This document shows, in pieces, positions 56,620-64,000 of a stretch of DNA of 64,000 bases. Both the position numbers and the translations under genes were made by a program. The stretch covers positions 2,144,001-2,208,000 of the forward strand of contig CAVSGO010000007.1 of the NCBI GenBank assembly GCA_963727525.1, written 5' to 3'. Position 1 is the first letter of the stretch. Every line of letters starts with the position of its first letter. Under the pieces are notes generated by a model, which searched no databases, was not told the DNA's origin, and saw nothing but the letters and a program-made list of their open reading frames with translations. The stretch comes from an uncultured bacterium (GTDB lineage Bacteria > Krumholzibacteriota > Krumholzibacteriia > LZORAL124-64-63).

Positions 56620-58493
56620 CGCGGCTCCTTCAGCAGATCGCGGCCTTCCATGTCCGCGGTCGGCGCCAGGCCGAAGCGCGCCAGGATCGTGGGCGCGAGG
56701 TCGCGCAGGTCGGGATCGGCGACCGCGAGTGGCCGGTTGCTCAGCAGGATACCCGGCACCAGGTTGGCGGCCATGCAGTGGTCGCCGCTCCACTTCTTGG
56801 TGTTATCGTCGAAGACCACCGAGCCCACGCCGCCCAGGGCCGACTCGTTGCTGCCGCGCCAGCCGCGCGCGTAGCCCACGACGATATCGGGTGCCTCGGC
56901 CGCATGCGGACCATGATAAACCTGCGCGGCACGATAGGCGGTGGCGACGGCGTGTCCGCCGTTTCCCGGATCCACGGCCGCCTCGAGGGCGTGGGCGATC
57001 TCGTCCACCAGCGCGGCGGACTCGAACCCGGGCGCCACGATTCCGTACACCTCGCGGCCCCGTTGATTCACGTACAGCCCGTTGATGCCCAGACCGTAAG
57101 CGCGCGTGCGCGACCAGTCGACACCGTCGAGGAACGCCACCGCGTCGGGATCCACGCCGTCTTTCAGCACGAGGTAGCCGTGCTCGCGCAGCCACGCGTT
57201 CAGGTGCACGTTGCGATGGTAGGGCGCGAAGCCGTGATCGGACATCACGAGGATCGCGGTGTCGTCGCCGCAGGCGGCCACCGCCTCGCGCAGCACGTCG
57301 TCGAGGGCCGCGTACACGTCGCGCACGCGGTCGGTGAAGTCCGGATCGGCGCTCGCGTGAGAGGGCGCGTCGGCATCGAAGCTGCGCCAGAACATGTGGC
57401 AGGTCTGGTCGGGCAGGTTGAAGTAGAAGAAGAGGAAGGCACGATCCTGCTGCGCGAATCTTCGCAGCTCGTGTGTGAACTCGGTGCGCCGTTCGGCGAG
57501 GATCTGGTCGCTCTGTTGCACGTAGTCGCGGTCGGCGAGCACGCCGGCATCGAGCGCCTTGGTATCCTCGGGCAAACCCTGCGTGTAGTAGGGGCCGATG
57601 GCCTCCGCGAGGTCGCGCGCGTATTCCGGCGGTGTGCTGATGGGCTGCGACGGACGGCGCGGATCGATCTGGATCGGCGTGAGGTAGAGCCGCAGGTTCG
57701 GCGCCACGGTCATGAGATGGAACCGTCCGATCCCGAAGATCGTGTCTGCTGGTGCGAGCGCGAACCGGAAGGTGACCCAGTCGCTCCACTGCCCGGTGCG
57801 CAGGATGACGTCGCCGGCGCCGGCGCGCAGATGCACGGCGCCCCCGGCGCGATCGACCTCGCCCGTCACGCGGGTGGCGACCGCGGGCCCACCCTCTCGG
57901 TGCGGATCCGGCGGCCCGTCGATCGCGGCCGTGAAGCGTCCGTCCGCCAGCGCAATGCGCGCCACTTGCCCGCCCGCGATGTCCTGCGGCGCGGCGGGGT
58001 CGTCGGTGATGAGGGTGAAGATGCCGAACGTGCCCTGGATGTCGGGGGTGCCCATACCGGCGAGCGTGCGCGCCTCGCACGCCACCGGCGGGTAGTTAGC
58101 CGGCACCTTGAAGATGGTGACGTCGACGCCGGCCGCGGCCAGCGGCTGCCAGAACGCCGCCCCCTCGCGCTGGGACAGGATCGGGATGGGACCGCGCGGG
58201 TCGCGGTGGATGAAGTCGAAGACGCCATGCACGCCAGGGTTGGCGCCGGTGATGAACGTGGACCACGCCACCGGCGATTGCGGCGGCACGGACGTGCCGA
58301 GCGTGTGGAGCTGCCAGCCCGCGGCGAGCAGGCGATCGACGGTGGGCATGGCGCCCGCGGCCCGGTACCGCACCAGGAGCTGCGGATCCATGCCGTCGAA
58401 ACCCAGGACGAGCGCTTTCGTCGCGGCCAGGGCGGGGACGGCGCCCAGCAGGAACGCGAGGCCGAGGAGCGCGCCGCGGCGCCGCCCCCTCAT
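56616..58493 (-). CDS. Exported alkaline-phosphatase-superfamily phosphodiesterase (NPP-like)
   Basis: VLGFDGMD, PPQSPVAWSTFITG.NPG.HG.FDF, VMSDHGF, WSGDH. Confidence 0.9.
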   Translation of the reverse strand: MRGRRRGALLGLAFLLGAVPALAATKALVLGFDGMDPQLLVRYRAAGAMPTVDRLLAAGWQLHTLGTSVPPQSPVAWSTFITGANPGVHGVFDFIHRDPRGPIPILSQREGAAFWQPLAAAGVDVTIFKVPANYPPVACEARTLAGMGTPDIQGTFGIFTLITDDPAAPQDIAGGQVARIALADGRFTAAIDGPPDPHREGGPAVATRVTGEVDRAGGAVHLRAGAGDVILRTGQWSDWVTFRFALAPADTIFGIGRFHLMTVAPNLRLYLTPIQIDPRRPSQPISTPPEYARDLAEAIGPYYTQGLPEDTKALDAGVLADRDYVQQSDQILAERRTEFTHELRRFAQQDRAFLFFYFNLPDQTCHMFWRSFDADAPSHASADPDFTDRVRDVYAALDDVLREAVAACGDDTAILVMSDHGFAPYHRNVHLNAWLREHGYLVLKDGVDPDAVAFLDGVDWSRTRAYGLGINGLYVNQRGREVYGIVAPGFESAALVDEIAHALEAAVDPGNGGHAVATAYRAAQVYHGPHAAEAPDIVVGYARGWRGSNESALGGVGSVVFDDNTKKWSGDHCMAANLVPGILLSNRPLAVADPDLRDLAPTILARFGLAPTADMEGRDLLKEPR

Positions 58494-59935
58494 CAGTACC
58501 CCAGCGCCCGTAGCTTGCGGCGTTCGTCGTCGTTCAGCCGCACCGCCTCGCGCCCCTGGCCCTGCAATACACGCTGCGCCAGCCGCGCCTCTCTTGCCAG
58601 CGCGGCATCGAATCGCGCTCGCAGCGCCGCCACCACGGCGGGATGGTCGCCCTGCACGTCCGTCGCCTCGGCAGGATCCCGGTCGAGGTCGTACAGGCCG
58701 CAGACCGAATCGGCTCGTGCCGGCGCGAAGGTGCCCACACACCCGCTGGTGTCGGTGGTGGCGACGAGGGACCACCAGGTGTCGTCCTGCAGGCCGAGCA
58801 GGGCGGAGCGCCGCAGCGCCAGGCCGCGGCGATCGCCGTCGACCAGGAAGTCGCGCGCGGGCAGCGCACCGAATCCTTCGCCCAGCAACGGCCGCAGCGA
58901 GACGCCCTGGCAGGGATCGGGGGCGGGAAGTGCCGCGTAGTCGAGGATGGTGGGCGCGATATCCAGGATGCTCACCGGTGCATACACCACCTTGCCGGCC
59001 GGCACCACGCCGGGCCACACCACGAGCAGCGGCACGTCGCGGACCTCGGCGTACGGCGAGTCGTGCAGGGTGCCCCCGTGCTCGGCGATCTCTTCCCCGT
59101 GGTCGGCCGTGACGACGATCATGGCGTCGTCGGCGAGCCCGGTGTCGCGCATGTGGTGCAGTAGCGGCCGAAGATGGAGGAAATCGAGCGACGTGACGGC
59201 CGACAGGTAGGCCTGCCGCAGCAGCGTCGGATCGTATGCCGCCAGATCCCAGCGGCCGTCATCGGTGAGTCGGGGTTCGGGATACGGCCCGACCACCTGG
59301 TTTTCGTAGCGATCGAACTCGCGGATGGCCCAGTACGGCAACCGGTGGTCGAAGTCGACGGGCACGGTATGCGTGTCCATGAAGTGGAAGAAGAGGAAGT
59401 ACGATGCTGTTCTCGCGTGGGCGAGCAGATCGTCGCCGAGATCCCAGTGCCGCGTCCACTGCGTGATCGGCGCGAGCGGCGCCTGGAACCGATACTGCCG
59501 GAAGCCGCGGCCGAACCCGTACCGTGGCTCCAGCCACTGGTTCGACGCCGGGAAACCGCCGCACACGAACCCCGCGTCGGCCAGCCGCTGGGTCAGCAGC
59601 GGCACACCCGTGGGCAAGGCATGCTCCACGCCGACGCGTGTCACGCCGGGATCGAGGCCCGTGAACATGGCCGCGTGGGCGGCGAGCGTCCAGCCCACGG
59701 GCGTCACGCAGTGCAGGAACAGCGCTCCGGCGCTGGCCAGGGAATCGAGGCCCACGGTGCGGGCCGAGTTCTGGTTGCCGTAACAGGGCAGACTCGCGCT
59801 GCGCAGGGTGTCGCACGAGATCAGCACCACACGGCGTAGCGGTGGCGTCGCATCGGCCACGGCGACGGCGGCGCTCAGCGCGAGACCGGCCAGCACGAGT
59901 TGCAAGCGCATCTTCATGACGTCCACGATAATCAC
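58493..59935 (-). CDS. Exported sulfatase-like hydrolase/transferase
   Basis: LISCDTLR, WTLAAHAAMFTG, HFMDTH, TADHGEE, VPLL, C-terminal KLRALGY; start may be 59917. Confidence 0.88.
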   Translation of the reverse strand: MIIVDVMKMRLQLVLAGLALSAAVAVADATPPLRRVVLISCDTLRSASLPCYGNQNSARTVGLDSLASAGALFLHCVTPVGWTLAAHAAMFTGLDPGVTRVGVEHALPTGVPLLTQRLADAGFVCGGFPASNQWLEPRYGFGRGFRQYRFQAPLAPITQWTRHWDLGDDLLAHARTASYFLFFHFMDTHTVPVDFDHRLPYWAIREFDRYENQVVGPYPEPRLTDDGRWDLAAYDPTLLRQAYLSAVTSLDFLHLRPLLHHMRDTGLADDAMIVVTADHGEEIAEHGGTLHDSPYAEVRDVPLLVVWPGVVPAGKVVYAPVSILDIAPTILDYAALPAPDPCQGVSLRPLLGEGFGALPARDFLVDGDRRGLALRRSALLGLQDDTWWSLVATTDTSGCVGTFAPARADSVCGLYDLDRDPAEATDVQGDHPAVVAALRARFDAALAREARLAQRVLQGQGREAVRLNDDERRKLRALGY

Positions 59936-59960
59936 GCCGCACCCGATCCGGCAGGGAAAA

Positions 59961-61343
59961 TCACGCCTGGCGCTGCATCACGACCAGCCCGAGCAAGGAC
60001 ACGGCGAGGCCAGGAAAGATGGGCTCCATGCCCAGCCACGGCCGCCCGGCGCTCCACCCGGACGCCAGCCAGGCCAGCGCCACGCCGCCGGCCACCGCCA
60101 TGACCCCGGCGAGGGCCCGCCGCCGCCGGGCCGTCGCGGCGCCCCATCCGAAGTGGCTCGCCGCCAGGGGCACCAGAAGCACCGGCGTCCCGATGCTGCC
60201 GAGGTCATGCCACAGGGATACCACTGATCGCGCCAGCAGCGCGAACGCCGTGGCCAGCGCCGCGGTCAGCAGCAACCCCCAGCGTACCGAGCCCTGGGTC
60301 GACGCATCGGCGGTCTCGCCGAGCAGTGCGCCCGCGGGTCGGCGCGCCCGTATCGCGAGGTCGCGCCCCACCGTCACGGCCGCGATGAAGGCGTAGCTGT
60401 CCACGGTGGACATGATGGTGGCAAGCAGGCCGACGAAGAACAGCCCCTGCAGCAGCGGCGGCAGGGTGGCGGTAGCCAGCCGCGGGAACGCCGCCACCGG
60501 ATCGGCAAGATCCGGCAGCGCGGCCCGCGCGTAGAGGCCAGTGAGCGTGGTGAGAAAGTCGAAGACGATCCAGAACCCGATCGACACGGCGATGCCCCGG
60601 CGCGCCACCCGCTCGCTCGCCGCCGCGTGGCAGCGCTGGTAGAATGCCGGCTCCACCAGCGTGGCCATGGCGATCACGTACCACACGGCCACGGCCTGCC
60701 AGCCGCGCCCACCATCCCACTGCAGATGACCGGCCGGCACGTGCGTACGCAGCCACGACCACCCGCCGTAGGTGTGCACGCACATGGGCACGATGACGGC
60801 GAAGGCGGCGAACATGAGCACGAACTGCACGGCATCGGTCATGATGATGGCGCGCAGGCCACCGCGGAAGACATAGCCTACCGAGAACGCCGTACCCACC
60901 ACCACGCCCAGCCACAGGGGCCAGCCCAGGGCGAGCTGAATGAGCACGCCCAGCATCAGCACGTAGGCGGCGGGCGCCGTCATCACGAAGACGGTGGCGG
61001 CCGCCACGAGGGCCGCCGGCCGGCCGCAGGTGCGTTCGAGCTGATCGGGTACGGTGAGGGCGCGGCTGCGGCGGGCGCGGGCCGCCAGGGCCAGGGCGAA
61101 CACGGCCGCGTAGAGGTAGTACGGCACGCCGAAGACGAACCAGTTGCTCACGCCGAAGCGCCAGGTGTACTCGCCCACGCCTAGGATGCCACCATACCAG
61201 GTGGTGACCAGGCTGGCGACGAAGGCGGGCAGCGTGAGCCGCCGGCCCGCGACGAGATAGTCGGCCTCGTCCCCCGTCGGCGCCCGCAACAGGCGCGCCA
61301 CGACATAGAGCAGGAACAGCGCGTAGACGACGCCGAGGACCAC
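59961..61343 (-). CDS. Sodium:solute symporter family protein (probable thiamine/precursor transporter)
   Basis: DYLVAGRRL, TTWYGG, Y..RGGLRA..TD..QF, FYQR, LATIMSTVDS; many TM helices; follows thiN. Confidence 0.88.
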   Translation of the reverse strand: MVLGVVYALFLLYVVARLLRAPTGDEADYLVAGRRLTLPAFVASLVTTWYGGILGVGEYTWRFGVSNWFVFGVPYYLYAAVFALALAARARRSRALTVPDQLERTCGRPAALVAAATVFVMTAPAAYVLMLGVLIQLALGWPLWLGVVVGTAFSVGYVFRGGLRAIIMTDAVQFVLMFAAFAVIVPMCVHTYGGWSWLRTHVPAGHLQWDGGRGWQAVAVWYVIAMATLVEPAFYQRCHAAASERVARRGIAVSIGFWIVFDFLTTLTGLYARAALPDLADPVAAFPRLATATLPPLLQGLFFVGLLATIMSTVDSYAFIAAVTVGRDLAIRARRPAGALLGETADASTQGSVRWGLLLTAALATAFALLARSVVSLWHDLGSIGTPVLLVPLAASHFGWGAATARRRRALAGVMAVAGGVALAWLASGWSAGRPWLGMEPIFPGLAVSLLGLVVMQRQA

Positions 61344-61344
61344 C

Positions 61345-62058
61345 TCACTCCTCGTCGTCGCTTGGCGGCCCCTCGCGGTCCACGAGCACGAGCAGGGAGC
61401 CATCGGCCACCGAGACCAGGAGCGGATCGTACGCCACGGTGTTGCTGATCGCCGCCATGCTGCTGGGACCGATGACGGTATTGAGGAGGGGATAGCGCGC
61501 CCCCTCCACGGTCACGCCGCGGCAGCTTCCCGCCAGGGGCAGCAAGCTGAAGCGCGTACCCGGCGCGATGGACCACGACACGGTCTCGCCGGGCCCGATC
61601 CGCACGCCGTCGGCCATGTGGGCTGCGACGCACAGGCGCAGGCGGTCGTGGTAGTGCTCGAGCAGGCTGCAGTTGTAGAGCGTGTGATCGAGTCGCCAGC
61701 CGACCGCGCCCACGAGCACGGCCTCGGTGCACCCCTGATCGATCGCGTAGAGCAAGGCCTTCTCGCTGTCGGTGGTCTCCTGATCGTCGACTCTCAGGAA
61801 TCGCGGGCCGCCGCGGCCGGCCAGGATGCGGCCGGCCAGGGAATCGAAATCGCCGATCACCACCTCCGGCGTGCGCGGAAGGTGATCGTACGGATAGCCC
61901 GCCGCGTCGGTGCAGAGGAAGAGGTCGGCACCGGTGAGCCAGTACTCGAGCACGCCGGTATCCGGGGGCGGCCCGTCGCAGAGCACGACGGCGCGCTGCC
62001 CCCTTTTCGGGAAGATGGGGCAGGCCGCACCGCCTCGCTCGCTCTCGTACATCGACAT
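61345..62058 (-). CDS. thiN: Thiamine diphosphokinase
   Basis: IGDFDS, DQETTDSEKAL, GAVGWRLDHTL.N, FSLLP, GARYPL, ISN. Confidence 0.9.
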   Translation of the reverse strand: MSMYESERGGAACPIFPKRGQRAVVLCDGPPPDTGVLEYWLTGADLFLCTDAAGYPYDHLPRTPEVVIGDFDSLAGRILAGRGGPRFLRVDDQETTDSEKALLYAIDQGCTEAVLVGAVGWRLDHTLYNCSLLEHYHDRLRLCVAAHMADGVRIGPGETVSWSIAPGTRFSLLPLAGSCRGVTVEGARYPLLNTVIGPSSMAAISNTVAYDPLLVSVADGSLLVLVDREGPPSDDEE

Positions 62059-62098
62059 GGCACCCTCGGCGATCCCGCCGGGCAGCTGGCGATCGCGT

Positions 62099-64000
62099 CT
62101 AGAAGTCGTAGGTGGCGCCGACGAGCACGTTCCGCGGAGCTGCCGGCAGGAGGTACTTCCCTCCATCATAGTAGCCCCATGTCTCGTATCGCTCACTGAA
62201 AAGATTCAGCACGCGCAGGGACACCACGAGCCCCTCCAGGGCCTGCACACCGCTGCGGCCAAGATCCCAGAACAGACTCAGATCGCACACCGTGGCCGGC
62301 TCGATGGTCCGATCGGGAAGTCCGGTGCTGTCGAGGTACTGCTTGCCCACACGACGCACGCGCAGATCGCTCGAGAGGGCGCCGTACCGGGCCGTCCAGG
62401 TGGCGGTGATCAGGTGATCGGGAAAAAGCGGTATCGGATTGCCGGAGTAGTCGACCAGGGTGCTCCCGTCGCCGGTGACCAGGTACTCGTCGTACTCGTC
62501 CCAGCTCCGGCTCGCCGCCAGGCTCAGTCGATGCCCCGCCAGCGGACGCCAGCGCAACCCCAGCTCGACACCCCGGTGCAGCGTGCGCTGGGCATTGCCG
62601 CGCAAGAGACCGCGGTCTGGATCGTAGAAACCGCTGGGCACGATCTCGTGATCGAAGTCCATCCAGTAGCCGTTGAGCGTGAGGCTCAGCGCCTGGCCGC
62701 GCAGGGCGATGCCGCCCTCGTAGTCGACGACCTTCTCCGGCTCGATCGTGGGATCCGACCACTGGACGTAGGCGACGTCGCCCTGTGCGCCGCGCACGTC
62801 GTGGTGGTCGCGGAAGAGCGGCTGCGCGCCGAGATCGTCGGGGCCGTACCAGGTATCCCAGTAGTCGGCGTCGGCGGGTTCACGGTGCGTGATGCCCACG
62901 TGGCCGTACATGCCCAGGTCGCCACCGCCAACCTGCCACGGCGTCTGCCAGAAAAGGCCGCCCTTGGGGTTGAAGAAGTCGTAGTCCACGTTGTAGGCAT
63001 TGCGCTGGGCACCCTGGAAGTTGCCCACGGCGTTCTGGAGGAAGTCGTACTGACGATGCTGGTATTGCAGGTCGAGCAGAAGCGTGAGGTTCGGGACGAA
63101 CTCCCAGCGCTCGTTGGCGCTGAGCGACCAGGCGTCCTTGTCGCCGGTGAAGTCGTGGTACTTCGATCCGTTCGGGACATCGTCGGGCGTGAGGCTCGTG
63201 CCGCCGCTGCCGGCGCCGGCATAGAGCACGTCGCCCCAGTGATTGCTGTGGAAGGTGTACCAGTCGCCGCCCACGAGCAGGCGCCCACCGGCGTGATTCC
63301 AGGTGAGCGTGGGCACCCAGCCCACCTGATCCTTGCGGACCCACTTCGTGCGCACCAGGTCGACGGCGTCGGTGGTGTCGTAGCGCGCGGGGAAGAGCGC
63401 GTCGAGGCTGTAGGCATGGGCATCGGCGCCGGGCTTGAAGTTCTCGTAGTAGCCCTCGCCGTGGATGACGTAGGCGCTGTTGCGCAGGAGCAGGTGCTCC
63501 CCGAGGATCCAGTCCCAGTGCACTTCGTAGTGCGGCTGGCGGAAGTCGTCGATCGCGTTGTGGTACGTCTCGGGGTTGGCACGGCGATCGCGGGCGAGGG
63601 TGGCCTCGTCGGCCGGATCCCAGGCGTGGTGCGTCAGCTCGTGGCCCGTGTAGAAATTGGCCTGCAGCGCGTGCGCCGCGTGCTGCCAGCGGCCCGACCA
63701 GAACACGGCCCACTGCTCGCTGCCGGCACGCTCGCGGTAACCGTCGCTCCCGAGCTGGCTGAGGCGCAAGCTCGTGGAGAAACCGCTGCCGAGCCGGCCG
63801 GTCTGGTAGCTGAGCATGCGGCGGTTCGTGCCGTAGCTGCCGGTCTCGATCGTGGCGTGGCCCTGCGGCGCGCGCGTGAGCACATCCGTGACCAGGTTGA
63901 CGGTGCCGCCGATGGCCGTGACGCCATCCACGCCATTGGTGACGCCGCGTTGCACCTGGATATCCTCCAGGCTGCTCGCGAGATCGGGCAGATCCACCCA
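62099..64000 (-). CDS. TonB-dependent receptor (5' part outside window), probable thiamine receptor
   Basis: Plug end WVDLPDLASSLEDIQVQRGV...GGTVNL; beta-barrel strands; NLFS.RY...PRN...GATYDF terminus. Confidence 0.92.
   Translation of the reverse strand, partial: WVDLPDLASSLEDIQVQRGVTNGVDGVTAIGGTVNLVTDVLTRAPQGHATIETGSYGTNRRMLSYQTGRLGSGFSTSLRLSQLGSDGYRERAGSEQWAVFWSGRWQHAAHALQANFYTGHELTHHAWDPADEATLARDRRANPETYHNAIDDFRQPHYEVHWDWILGEHLLLRNSAYVIHGEGYYENFKPGADAHAYSLDALFPARYDTTDAVDLVRTKWVRKDQVGWVPTLTWNHAGGRLLVGGDWYTFHSNHWGDVLYAGAGSGGTSLTPDDVPNGSKYHDFTGDKDAWSLSANERWEFVPNLTLLLDLQYQHRQYDFLQNAVGNFQGAQRNAYNVDYDFFNPKGGLFWQTPWQVGGGDLGMYGHVGITHREPADADYWDTWYGPDDLGAQPLFRDHHDVRGAQGDVAYVQWSDPTIEPEKVVDYEGGIALRGQALSLTLNGYWMDFDHEIVPSGFYDPDRGLLRGNAQRTLHRGVELGLRWRPLAGHRLSLAASRSWDEYDEYLVTGDGSTLVDYSGNPIPLFPDHLITATWTARYGALSSDLRVRRVGKQYLDSTGLPDRTIEPATVCDLSLFWDLGRSGVQALEGLVVSLRVLNLFSERYETWGYYDGGKYLLPAAPRNVLVGATYDF

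Overview
High-GC bacterial chromosomal segment with about 45 genes. No rRNA, tRNA, CRISPR array, integrase or transposase was recognised. Four proteins end in T9SS type-A/FlgD-like C-terminal domains and two end in a short 'TWGxxKxLY' tail, which suggests an FCB-group lineage such as Krumholzibacteriota/Latescibacterota (inference). Recognisable modules are: BLUF photoreceptor; S1 protease; RND pump with adaptor; a divergent TPR-CHAT protease / ECF sigma / zinc anti-sigma trio; addAB; an archaeal-type HMG-CoA synthase-thiolase-DUF35 operon; kup; MarR; M6 metalloprotease; atuA-like; tag; and a TonB receptor-thiN-SSS (thiamine-salvage-like) operon running into sulfatase, phosphodiesterase and aldolase genes. 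The strongest leads for undescribed biology are: (1) a SET lysine methyltransferase gene 3 nt downstream of a peptidoglycan-binding-like protein whose Arg-free, Lys-repeat tail resembles a histone tail, a possible enzyme-substrate pair; (2) the CHAT/ECF/anti-sigma proteolytic signalling module, whose sigma factor is atypical; (3) the TWG C-terminal motif as a candidate sorting signal. Many starts were re-chosen from the ORF track using RBS and protein-feature cues. All family calls are from motif recognition by eye, not database searches.
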